Positions 25,101 through 38,300 of a stretch of DNA of 64,000 nt are shown here, piece by piece; the stretch's first letter is position 1; each line of letters starts with the position of its first letter. Origin of the DNA: Eledone cirrhosa (lineage: Eukaryota); contig OZ024742.1 in assembly GCA_964016885.1 (NCBI GenBank), positions 165,230,001 to 165,294,000 on the forward strand. Reading direction: 5' to 3'. The position numbers and the translations under genes are program-made. Below the pieces are notes generated by a model. It did not search any database. It was not told the origin of the DNA and saw nothing but the letters and a program-made list of their open reading frames with translations.

Positions 25101-28100
25101 ATTTTTTTTTACAAATTATCTCCCCCTGATTTTTTTTACAAATTATCTCCCCCTGATTTTTTTTTACAAATTATTTCCCCCTGATTTTTTTACAAATTAT
25201 CTCCCCCCTGATTTTTTTTACAATCTCCGCCTGATTTTTTTAAAAATTATCTTCCCTTGGCTGGCGGGAAATTATCTCCCCTTGGACGGCTGGAAATTAT
25301 ATCCCCTTGGAAGGATGGAAATTATCTCCCCTTGGACGGCTGGAAATTATCTCCCCTTGGACGGCTGGAAATTATCTCCCCTTGGACAGCTGGAAATTAT
25401 CTGCCCTTGATTTTGTTTTTACAAATTATCTCCCCCTGATTTTTTTTACAAATTATCTCCACCTGATTTTAAAAAAAATTATCTCCCCTTGGACGGCTGG
25501 AAATTATCTCCCCTTGATTTTTTTACAAATTATCTCCCCTTGATTTTTTTTACAAATTATCTCCCCCTGATTTTTTTTTACAAATTATCTCCCCCTGATT
25601 TTTTTACAAATTATCTCCCCCTGATTTTTTTTACAAATTATCTCCGCCTGATTTTTTTAAATATTATCTTCCCTTGGCTGGCGGGAAATTATCTCCCCTT
25701 GGACGGCTGAAAATTATCTCCCCTTGGACGGCTGGAAATTATCTCCCCTTGATTTTTTTTACAAATTATCTCCCCCTGATTTTTTTTTACAAATTATCTC
25801 CCCCTGATTTTTTTTTACAAATTATCTCCCCCTGATTTTTTTTTACAAATTATCTCACCCTGATTTTTTTTACAAATTATCTCCCTCTGATTTTTTTACA
25901 AATTATCTCCCCTTGGCTGGCTGGAAATTATCTCCCCTTGGAGGCTGGAATTTATCTCCCCTTGGACGGCTAGAAATTACCTCTCCTTGGACGGCTGGAA
26001 AATATGTCTCCTTGGACGGCTGGATATTATCTACCCTTGGACGGCTGGAAATTATCTCCCCTTGGACGGCTGGAAATTATCTCCCCTTGGACGGCTAGAT
26101 ATTACCTCCCTTTGGACGGCTGGAAATTATCTCCCCTTGATTTTTTTACAAATTATCTCCCCCTGATTTTTTTACAAATTATCTCCCCCTGATTTTTTTT
26201 ACAAATTATCTCCGCCTAATTTTTTTAAATATTATCTTCCCTTGGCTGGCGGGAAATTATCTCCCCTTGGACGGCTGAAAATTATCTCCCCTTGGACGGC
26301 TGGAAATTATCTCCCCTTGATTTTTTTTACAAATTATCTCCCCCTGATTTTTTTTTACAAATTATCTCCCTCTGATTTTTTTTACAAATTATCTCCCCCT
26401 GATTTTTTTACAAATTATCTCCCCTTGGCTGGCTGGAAATTATCTCCCCTTGGAGGCTGGAATTTATCTCCCCTTGGACGGCTAGAAATTACCTCTCCTT
26501 GGACGGCTGGAAAATATGTCCTTGGACGGCTGGATATTATCTACCCTTGGACGGCTGGAAATTATCTCCCCTTGGACGGCTGGAAATTATCTCCCCTTGG
26601 ACGGCTAGATATTACCTCCCCTTGGACGGCTGGAAATTATCTCCCCTTGAATTTTTTTACAAATTATCTCCCCCTGATTTTTTTTTACAAATTATCTCCC
26701 CCTGATTTTTTTTTACAAATTATCTACCCCTGATTTTTTTTTACAAATTATCTCCCCCTGATTTTTTTTACAAATTATCTCCCCCTGATTTTTTTTTACA
26801 AATTATCTCCCCCTGATTTTTTTTTACAAATTATCTACCCCTGATTTTTTTTACAAATTATCTCCCCCTGATTTTTTTTACAAATTATCTCCCCCTGATT
26901 TTTTTTACAAATTATCTCCGCCTAATTTTTTTAAATATTATCTTCCCTTGGCTGGCGGGAAATTATCTCCCCTTGGACGGCTGAAAATTATCTCTCCTTG
27001 GACGGCTGGAAATTATCTCCCCTTGATTTTTTTTACAAATTATCTCCCCCTGATTATTTTTTACAAATTATCTCCCCCTGATTTTTTTTTACAAATTATC
27101 TCCCCCTGATTTTTTTTACAAATTATCTCCCCCTGATTTTTTTACAAATTATCTCCCCTTGGCTGGCTGGAAATTATCTCCCCTTGGAGGCTGGAATTTA
27201 TCTCCCCTTGGACGGTTAGAAATTACCTCTCCTTGGACGGCTGGAAAATATGTCTCCTTGGACGGCTGGAAATTATCGCCCCTTGGACGGCTGGAAATTA
27301 TCTCCCCTTGGACGGCTGGAAATTATCTCTCCTCGGACGGCTAGAAATTACCTCTCTTTGGACAGCTGAAAATTATCTCCCCTTGGACGGCTGGAAATTA
27401 TCTCCCCTTGATTTTTTTTTACAAATTATCTCCCCCTGATTTTTTTTTACAAATTATCTCCCCCTGATTTTTTTTTACAAATTATCTCCCCCTGATTTTT
27501 TTTTACAAATTATCTCCCCCTGATTTTTTACAAATTATCTCCCCTTGGCTGGCTGGAAATTATCTCCCCTTGGAGGCTGGAATTTATCTCCCCTTGGACG
27601 GCTAGAAATTACCTCTCCTTGGACGGCTGGAAAATATGTCTCCTTGGACGGCTGGATATTATCTACCCTTGGACGGCTGGAAATTATCTCCCCTTGGACG
27701 GCTGGAAATTATCTCCCCTTGGACGGCTAGATATTACCTCCCCTTGGACGGCTGGAAATTATCTCCCCTTGATTTTTTTACAAATTATCTCCCCCTGATT
27801 TTTTTACAAATTATCTCCCCCTGATTTTTTTTACAAATTATCTCCGCCTAATTTTTTTAAATATTATCTTCCCTTGGCTGGCGGGAAATTATCTCCCCTT
27901 GGACGGCTGAAAATTATCTCCCCTTGGACGGCTGGAAATTATCTCCCCTTGATTTTTTTTACAAATTATCTCCCCCTGATTTTTTTTTACAAATTATCTC
28001 CCCCTGATTTTTTTTACAAATTATCTCCCCCTGATTTTTTTACAAATTATCTCCCCTTGGCTGGCTGGAAATTATCTCCCCTTGGAGGCTGGAATTTATC

Positions 28101-31100
28101 TCCCCTTGGACGGCTAGAAATTACCTCTCCTTGGACGGCTGGAAAATATGTCCTTGGACGGCTGGATATTATCTACCCTTGGACGGCTGGAAATTATCTC
28201 CCCTTGGACGGCTGGAAATTATCTCCCCTTGGACGGCTAGATATTACCTCCCCTTGGACGGCTGGAAATTATCTCCCCTTGATTTTTTTTACAAATTATC
28301 TCCCCCTGATTTTTTTTTACAAATTATCTCCCCCTGATTTTTTTTTACAAATTATCTACCCCTGATTTTTTTTTACAAATTATCTCCCCCTGATTTTTTT
28401 TACAAATTATCTCCCCCTGATTTTTTTTTACAAATTATCTCCCCCTGATTTTTTTTTACAAATTATCTACCCCTGATTTTTTTTACAAATTATCTCCCCC
28501 TGATTTTTTTTACAAATTATCTCCCCCTGATTTTGTTTACAAATTATCTCCCCCTGATTTTTTTACAAATTATCTCCCCCTGATTTTTTTTACAAATTAT
28601 CTCCGCCTAATTTTTTTAAATATTATCTTCCCTTGGCTGGCGGGAAATTATCTCCCCTTGGACGGCTGAAAATTATCTCTCCTTGGACGGCTGGAAATTA
28701 TCTCCCCTTCATTTTTTTTACAAATTATCTCCCCCTGATTATTTTTTACAAATTATCTCCCCCTGATTTTTTTTTACAAATTATCTCCCCCTGATTTTTT
28801 TTACAAATTATCTCCCCTTGATTTTTTTACAAATTATCTCCCCTTGGCTGGCTGGAAATTATCTCCCCTTGGAGGCTGGAATTTATCTCCCCTTGGACGG
28901 TTAGAAATTACCTCTCCTTGGACGGCTGGAAAATATGTCTCCTTGGACGGCTGGAAATTATCGCCCCTTGGACGGCTGGAAATTATCTCCCCTTGGACGG
29001 CTGGAAATTATCTCCCCTTGATTTTTTTTACAAATTATCTCCCCCTGATTTTTTTTTACAAATTATCTCCCCCTGATTTTTTTTTACAAATTATCTCCCC
29101 CTGATTTTTTTTTACAAATTATCTCCCCCTGATATTTTTACAAATTATCTCCCCCTGATTTTTTTACAAATTATCTCCCCTTGGCTGGCTGGAAATTATC
29201 TCCCCTTGGAGGCTGGAATTTATCTCCCCTTAGACGGCTAGAAATTACCTCGCCTTGGACGGCTGGCAAATATGTCTCCTTGGACGGCTGGAAATTATCT
29301 CCCCTTGGACGGCTGGAAATTATCTCCCCTTGGACGGCTGGAAATTATCTCCCCTTGGACGGCTAGATATTACCTCCCCTTGGACGGCTGGAAATTATCT
29401 CCCCTTGGACGGCTAGATATTACCTCCCCTTGGACGGCTGGAAATTATCTCCCCTTGATTTTTTTTACAAATTATCTCCCCCTGATTTTTTTTTACAAAT
29501 TATCTCCCCCTGATTTTTTTTTACGAATTATCTCCCCCCGATTTTTTTTTACAAATTATCTCCGCCTGATTTTTTTAAAAAAATTATCTCCCCTTGAACG
29601 GCTGGAAATTATCTCCCCTTGGACGGCTGGAAATTATCTCCCCTTGGACGGCTAGAAATTACCTCTCCTTGGACGGCTGAAAATTATCTCCCCTTGGACG
29701 GCTGCAAATTATCTCCCCTTGATTTTTTAACAAATTATCTCCCCCTGATTTTTTTTTACAAATTACCTCCCCCTGATTTTTTTTTACAAATTATCTCCCC
29801 CTGATTTTTTTACAAATTATCTCCCCCTGATTTTTTTTACAATCTCCGCCTGATTTTTTTAAAAATTATCTTCCCTTGGCTGGCGGGAAATTATCTCCCC
29901 TTGGACGGCTGGAAATTATATCCCCTTGGAAGGATGGAAATTATCTCCCCTTGGACGGCTGGAAATTATCTCCCCTTGGACGGCTGGAAATTATCTCCCC
30001 TTGGACAGCTGGAAATTATCTGCCCTTGATTTTGTATTTACAAATTATCTCCCCCTGATTTTTTTTACAAATTATCTCCACCTGATTTTTTAAAAAATTA
30101 TCTCCCCTTGGACGGCTGGAAATTATCTCCCCTTGATTTTTTTACAAATTATCTCCCCCTGATTTTTTTTACAAATTATCTCCCCCTGATTTTTTGTTAC
30201 AAATTATCTCCCCCTGATTTTTTTACAAATTAAAACCCCCTGATTTTTTTTACAAATTATCTCCGCCTGATTTTTTTAAATATTATCTTCCCTTGGCTGG
30301 CGGGAAATTATCTCCCCTTGGACGGCTGAAAATTATCTCCCCTTGGACGGCTGGAAATTATCTCCCCTTGATTTTTTTACAAATTATCTCCCCCTGATTT
30401 TTTTTTACAAATTATCTCCCCCTGATTTTTTTTACAAATTATCTCCCCCTGATTTTTTTTTACAAATTATCTCCCCCTGATTTTTTTTTACAAATTATCT
30501 CCCCCTGATTTTTTTACAAATTATCTCCCCTTGGCTGGCTGGAAATTATCTCCCCTTGGAGGCTGGAATTTATCTCCCCTTGGACGGCTAGAAATTACCT
30601 CTCCTTGGACGGCTGGAAAATATGTCTCCTTGGACGGCTGGATATTATCTACCCTTGGACGGCTGGAAATTATCTCCCCTTGGACGGCTGGAAATTATCT
30701 CCCCTTGGACGGCTAGATATTACCTCCCCTTGGACGGCTGGAAATTATCTCCCCTTGATTTTTTTTACAAATTATCTCCCCCTGATTTTTTTTTACGAAT
30801 TATCTCCCCCTGATTTTTTTTTAAAAATTATCTCCGCCTGATTTTTTTTTAAAATTATCTCCCCTTGAACGGCTGGAAATTATCTCCCCTTGGACGGCTG
30901 GAAATTATCTCCCCTTGGACGGCTAGAAATTACCTCTCCTTGGACGGCTGAAAATTATCTCCCCTTGGACGGCTGCAAATTATCTCCCCTTGATTTTTTT
31001 AACAAATTATCTCCCCCTGATTTTTTTTTACAAATTATCTCCCCCTGATTTTTTTTTACAAATTATCTACGCCTAATTTTTTTTACAAATTATCTCCCCC

Positions 31101-32300
31101 TGATTTTTTTTACAAATTATCTCCCCCTGATTTTTTTTACAAATTATCTCCCCCTGATTTTTTTTTACAAATTATCTCCCCCTGATTTTTTTACAAATTA
31201 TCTCCCCCCTGATTTTTTTTACAATCTCCGCCTGATTTTTTTAAAAATTATCTTCCCTTGGCTGGCAGGAAATTATCTCCCCTTGGACGGCTGAAAATTA
31301 TCTCCCCTTGGACGGCTGGAAATTATCTCCCCTTGATTTTTTTTACAAATAATCTCCCCCTGATTTTTTTTTACAAATTATCTCCCCCTGATTTTTTTTA
31401 CAAATTATCTCCCCCTGATTTTTTTTTACAAATTATCTGCCCCTGATTTTTTTTACAAATTATCTCCCCCTGATTTTTTTACAAATTATCTCCCCTTGGC
31501 TGGCTGGAAATTATCTCCCCTTGGAGGCTGGAATTTATCTCCCCTTGGACGGCTAGAAATTACCTCTCCTTGGACGGCTGGAAAATATTTCTCCTTGGAC
31601 GGCTGGATATTATCTACCCTTGGACGGGTGGAAATTATCTCCCCTTGGACGGCTGGAAATTATCTCCCCTTGGACGGCTAGATATTACCTCCCCTTGGAC
31701 GGCTGGAAATTATCTCCCCTTGATTTTTTTTACAAATTATCTCCCCCTGATTTTTTTTACAAATTATCTCCACCTGATTTTTTTACAAATTATCTCCCCC
31801 TGATTTTTTTTACAAATTATCTCCCCCTGATTTTTTTTACAAATTATCTCCGCCTGATTTTTTTAAATATTATCTTCCCTTGGCTGGCGGGAAATTATCT
31901 CCCCTTGGACGGCTGAAAATTATCTCCCCTTGGACGGCTGGAAATTATCTCCCCTTGATTTTTTTTACAAATTATCTCCCCCTGATTTTTTTTACAAATT
32001 ATCTCCCCCTGATTTTATGTTACAAATTATCTCCCCCTGATTTTTTTTTACAAATTATCTCCCCCTGATTTTTTTTTACAAATTATCTCCCCCTGATTTT
32101 TTTTTACAAATTATCTCACCCTGATTTTTTTTACAAATTATCTCTCCCTGATTTTTTTACAAATTATCTCCCCTTGGCCGGCTGGAAATTATCTCCCCTT
32201 GGAGGCTGGAAATTATCTCCCCTTGGACAGCTGGAAATTATCTGCCCTTGATTTTGTTTTTACAAATTATCTCCCCCTGATTTTTTAAAAAATTATCTTC
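22139..32300 (+). repeat. Partial copy of the ~14-kb unit (colinear with ~8032-17780)
   Basis: Offsets of 14080-14527 persist through 17353->31880. Colinearity is lost at a hybrid monomer TTCCCTTGGACGGCTGG near 32298, where the 17770 copy has TTCCCTTGGCTGGCGGG. Confidence 0.82.
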
Positions 32301-35300
32301 CCTTGGACGGCTGGAAATTATCTCCCCTTGATTTTTTTACAAATTATCTCCCCCTGATTTTTTTTACAAATTATCTCCCCCTGATTTTATGTTACAAATT
32401 ATCTCCCCCTGATTTTTTTTTACAAATTATCTCCCCCTGATTTTATGTTACAAATTATCTCCCCCTGATTTTTTTACAAATTATCTCCCCCTGATTTTTT
32501 TTACAAATTATCTCCGCCTGATTTTTTTAAATATTATCTTCCCTTGGCTGGCGGGAAATTATCTCCCCTTGGACGGCTGGAAATTATCTCCCCTTGATTT
32601 TTTTTACAAATTATCTCCCCCTGATTTTTTTTTACAAATTATCTCCCCCTGATTTTTTTTTACAAATTATCTCCCCCTGATTTTTTTTTACAAATTATCT
32701 CCCCCTGATTTTTTTTTACAAATTATCTCCCCCTGATTTTTTTTTACAAATTATCTCCCCCTGATTTTTTTTTACAAATCTCCCCCTGATTTTTTTATAA
32801 ATTATCTCCCCTTGGCTGGCTGGAAATTATCTCCCCTTGGAGGCTGGAATTTATCTCCCCTTGGACGGCTAGAAATTACCTCTCCTTGGATGGCTGGAAA
32901 ATATGTCTCCTTGGACGGCTGGATATTATCTACCCTTGGACGGCTGGAAATTATCTCCCCTTGGACGGCTGGAAATTATCTCCCCTTGGACGGCTAGATA
33001 TTACCTCCCATTGGACGGCTGGAAATTATCTACCCTTGATTTTTTTTACAAATTATCTCCCCCTGATTTTTTTTTACGAATTATCTCCCCCTGATTTTTT
33101 TTTACAAATTATCTCCGCCTGATTTTTTTTTAAAAATTATCTCCCCTTGAACGGCTGGAAATTATCTCCCCTTGGACGGCTGGAAATTATCTCCCCTTGG
33201 ACGGCTAGAAATTACCTCTCCTTGGACGGCTGAAAATTATCTCCCCTTGGACGGCTGCAAATTATCTCCCCTTGATTTTTTTAACAAATTATCTCCCCCT
33301 GATTTTTTTTTACAAATTATCTCCCCCTGATTTTTTTTACAAATTATCTACGCCTAATTTTTTTTACAAATTATCTCCCCCTGATTTTTTTTTACAAATT
33401 ATCTCCCCCTGATTTTTTTTACAAATTATCTCCCCTTGGCTGGCTGGAAATTATCTCCCCTTGGAGGCTGGAATTTATCTCCCCTTGGACGGTTAGAAAT
33501 TACCTCTCCTTGGACTGCTGGAAAATATGTCTCCTTGGACGGCTGGAAATTATCTCCCCTTGGACGGCTGGAAATTATCTCCCCTTGGACGGCTGGAAAT
33601 TATCTCTCCTCGGACGACTAGAAATTACCTCTCCTTGGACAGCTGAAAATTATCTCCCCTTGGACGGCTGGAAATTATCTCCCCTTGATTTTTTTTACAA
33701 ATTATCTCCCCCTGATTTATTTTACAAATTATCTCCCCCTGATTTTTTTTTACAAATTATCTCCCCCTGATTTTTTTTACAAATTATCTCCCCCTGATAT
33801 TTTTTACAAATTATCTCCCCCTGATTTTTTTACAAATTATCTCCCCTTGGCTGGCTGGAAATTATCTACCCTTGGAGGCTGGAATTTATCTCCCCTTGGA
33901 CGGCTAGAAATTACCTCGCCTTGGACGGCTGGAAAATATGTCTCCTTGGACGGCTGGAAATTATCTCCCCTTGGACGGCTGGAAATTATCTCCCCTTGGA
34001 CGGCTGGAAATTATCTCCCCTTGGACGGCTAGATATTACCTCCCCTTGGACGGCTGGAAATTATCTCCCCTTGATTTTTTTTACAAATTATCTCCCCCTG
34101 ATTTTTTTTTACAAATTATCTCCCCCTGATTTTTTTTTACGAAGTATCTCCCCCTGATTTTTTTTTACAAATTATCTCCGCCTGATTTTTTTTAAAAAAT
34201 TATCTCCCCTTGAACGGCTGGAAATTATCTCCCCTTGGACGGCTGGAAATTATCTCCCCTTGGACGGCTAGAAATTACCTCTCCTTGGACGGCTGAAAAT
34301 TATCTCCCATTGGACGGCTGCAAATTATCTCCCCTTGATTTTTTAACAAATTATCTCCCCCTGATTTTTTTTTACAAATTATCTCCCCCTGATTTTTTTT
34401 TACAAATTATCTACGCCTAATTTTTTTTACAAATTATCTCCCCCTGATTTTTTTTTACAAATTATCTCCCCCTGATTTTTTTTACAAATTATCTCCCCCT
34501 GATTTTTTTTTACAAATTATTTCCCCCTGATTTTTTTACAAATTATCTCCCCCCTGATTTTTTTTACAATCTCCGCCTGATTTTTTTAAAAATTATCTTC
34601 CCTTGGCTGGCGGGAAATTATCTCCCCTTGGACGGCTGGAAATTATATCCCCTTGGAAGGATGGAAATTATCTCCCCTTGGACGGCTGGAAATTATCTCC
34701 CCTTGGACGGCTGGAAATTATCTCCCCTTGGACAGCTGGAAATTATCTGTCCTTGATTTTGTTTTTACAAATTATCTCCCCCTGATTTTTTTTACAAATT
34801 ATCTCCACCTGATTTTTTAAAAAATTATCTCCCCTTGGACGGCTGGAAATTATCTCCCCTTGATTTTTTTTACAAATTATCTCCCCCTGATTTTTTTTTA
34901 CAAATTATCTCCCCCTGATTTTTTTTTACAAATTATCTCCCCCTGATTTTTTTTTACAAATTATCTCACCCTGATTTTTTTTACAAATTATCTCTCCCTG
35001 ATTTTTTTACAAATTATCTCCCCTTGGCTGGCTGGAAATTATCTCCCCTTGGAGGCTGGAATTTATCTCCCCTTGGACGGCTAGAAATTACCTCTCCTTG
35101 GACGGCTGGAAAATATGTCTCCTTGGACGGCTGGATATTATCTACCCGTGGACGGCTGGAAATTATCTCCCCTTGGACGGCTGGAAATTATCTCCTCTTG
35201 GACGGCTAGATATTACCTCCCCTTGGACGGCTGGAAATTATCTCCCCTTGATTTTTTTACAAATTATCTCCCCCTGATTTTTTTACAAATTATCTCCCCC

Positions 35301-38300
35301 TGATTTTTTTTACAAATTATCTCCGCCTAATTTTTTTAAATATTATCTTCCCTTGGCTGGCGGGAAATTATCTCCCCTTGGACGGCTGAAAATTATCTCC
35401 CCTTGGACGGCTGGAAATTATCTCCCCTTGATTTTTTTTACAAATTATCTCCCCCTGATTTTTTTTTACAAATTATCTCCCCCTGATTTTTTTTACAAAT
35501 TATCTCCCCCTGATTTTTTTACAAATTATCTCCCCTTGGCTGGCTGGAAATTATCTCCCCTTGGAGGCTGGAATTTATCTCCCCTTGGACGGCTAGAAAT
35601 TACCTCTCCTTGGAAGGCTGGAAAATATGTCCTTGGACGGCTGGATATTATCTACCCTTGGACGGCTGGAAATTATCTCCCCTTGGACGGCTGGAAATTA
35701 TCTCCCCTTGGACGGCTAGATATTACCTCCCATTGGACGGCTGGAAATTATCTCCCCTTGATTTTTTTTACAAACTATCTCCCCCTGATTTTTTTTTACG
35801 AATTATCTCCCCCTGATTTTTTTTTACAAATTATCTCCGCCTGATTTTTTTTTTAAAATTATCTCCCCTTGAACGGCTGGAAATTATCTCCCCTTGGACG
35901 GCTGGAAATTATCTCCCCTTGGACGGCTAGAAATTACCTCTCCTTGGACGGCTGAAAATTATCTCCCCTTGGACGGCTGCAAATTATCTCCCCTTGATTT
36001 TTTAACAAATTATCTCCCCCTGATTTTTTTTTACAAATTACCTCCCCCTGATTTTTTTTTACAAATTATCTCCCCCTGATTTTTTTACAAATTATCTCCC
36101 CCTGATTTTTTTTACAATCTCCGCCTGATTTTTTTAAAAATTATCTTCCCTTGGCTGGCGGGAAATTATCTCCCCTTGGACGGCTGGAAATTATATCCCC
36201 TTGGAAGGATGGAAATTATCTCCCCTTGGACGGCTGGAAATTATCTCCCCTTGGACGGCTGGAAATTATCTCCCCTTGGACAGCTGGAAATTATCTGCCC
36301 TTGATTTTGTATTTACAAATTATCTCCCCCTGATTTTTTTTACAAATTATCTCCACCTGATTTTTTAAAAAATTATCTCCCCTTGGACGGCTGGAAATTA
36401 TCTCCCCTTGATTTTTTTACAAATTATCTCCCCCTGATTTTTTTTACAAATTATCTCCCCCTGATTTTTTGTTACAAATTATCTCCCCCTGATTTTTTTA
36501 CAAATTAAAACCCCCTGATTTTTTTTACAAATTATCTCCGCCTGATTTTTTTAAATATTATCTTCCCTTGGCTGGCGGGAAATTATCTCCCCTTGGACGG
36601 CTGAAAATTATCTCCCCTTGGACGGCTGGAAATTATCTCCCCTTGATTTTTTTACAAATTATCTCCCCCTGATTTTTTTTTACAAATTATCTCCCCCTGA
36701 TTTTTTTTACAAATTATCTCCCCCTGATTTTTTTTTACAAATTATCTCCCCCTGATTTTTTTTTACAAATTATCTCCCCCTGATTTTTTTACAAATTATC
36801 TCCCCTTGGCTGGCTGGAAATTATCTCCCCTTGGAGGCTGGAATTTATCTCCCCTTGGACGGCTAGAAATTACCTCTCCTTGGACGGCTGGAAAATATGT
36901 CTCCTTGGACGGCTGGATATTATCTACCCTTGGACGGCTGGAAATTATCTCCCCTTGGACGGCTGGAAATTATCTCCCCTTGGACGGCTAGATATTACCT
37001 CCCCTTGGACGGCTGGAAATTATCTCCCCTTGATTTTTTTTACAAATTATCTCCCCCTGATTTTTTTTTACGAATTATCTCCCCCTGATTTTTTTTTAAA
37101 AATTATCTCCGCCTGATTTTTTTTAAAAATTATCTCCCCTTGAACGGCTGGAAATTATCTCCCCTTGGACGGCTGGAAATTATCTCCCCTTGGACGGCTA
37201 GAAATTACCTCTCCTTGGACGGCTGAAAATTATCTCCCCTTGGACGGCTGCAAATTATCTCCCCTTGATTTTTTTAACAAATTATCTCCCCCTGATTTTT
37301 TTTTACAAATTATCTCCCCCTGATTTTTTTTTACAAATTATCTACGCCTAATTTTTTTTACAAATTATCTCCCCCTGATTTTTTTTACAAATTATCTCCC
37401 CCTGATTTTTTTTACAAATTATCTCCCCCTGATTTTTTTTTACAAATTATCTCCCCCTGATTTTTTTACAAATTATCTCCCCCCTGATTTTTTTTACAAT
37501 CTCCGCCTGATTTTTTTAAAAATTATCTTCCCTTGGCTGGCAGGAAATTATCTCCCCTTGGACGGCTGAAAATTATCTCCCCTTGGACGGCTGGAAATTA
37601 TCTCCCCTTGATTTTTTTTACAAATAATCTCCCCCTGATTTTTTTTTACAAATTATCTCCCCCTGATTTTTTTTACAAATTATCTCCCCCTGATTTTTTT
37701 TTACAAATTATCTGCCCCTGATTTTTTTTACAAATTATCTCCCCCTGATTTTTTTACAAATTATCTCCCCTTGGCTGGCTGGAAATTATCTCCCCTTGGA
37801 GGCTGGAATTTATCTCCCCTTGGACGGCTAGAAATTACCTCTCCTTGGACGGCTGGAAAATATTTCTCCTTGGACGGCTGGATATTATCTACCCTTGGAC
37901 GGGTGGAAATTATCTCCCCTTGGACGGCTGGAAATTATCTCCCCTTGGACGGCTAGATATTACCTCCCCTTGGACGGCTGGAAATTATCTCCCCTTGATT
38001 TTTTTTACAAATTATCTCCCCCTGATTTTTTTTACAAATTATCTCCACCTGATTTTTTTACAAATTATCTCCCCCTGATTTTTTTTACAAATTATCTCCC
38101 CCTGATTTTTTTTACAAATTATCTCCGCCTGATTTTTTTAAATATTATCTTCCCTTGGCTGGCGGGAAATTATCTCCCCTTGGACGGCTGAAAATTATCT
38201 CCCCTTGGACGGCTGGAAATTATCTCCCCTTGATTTTTTTTACAAATTATCTCCCCCTGATTTTTTTTACAAATTATCTCCCCCTGATTTTATGTTACAA

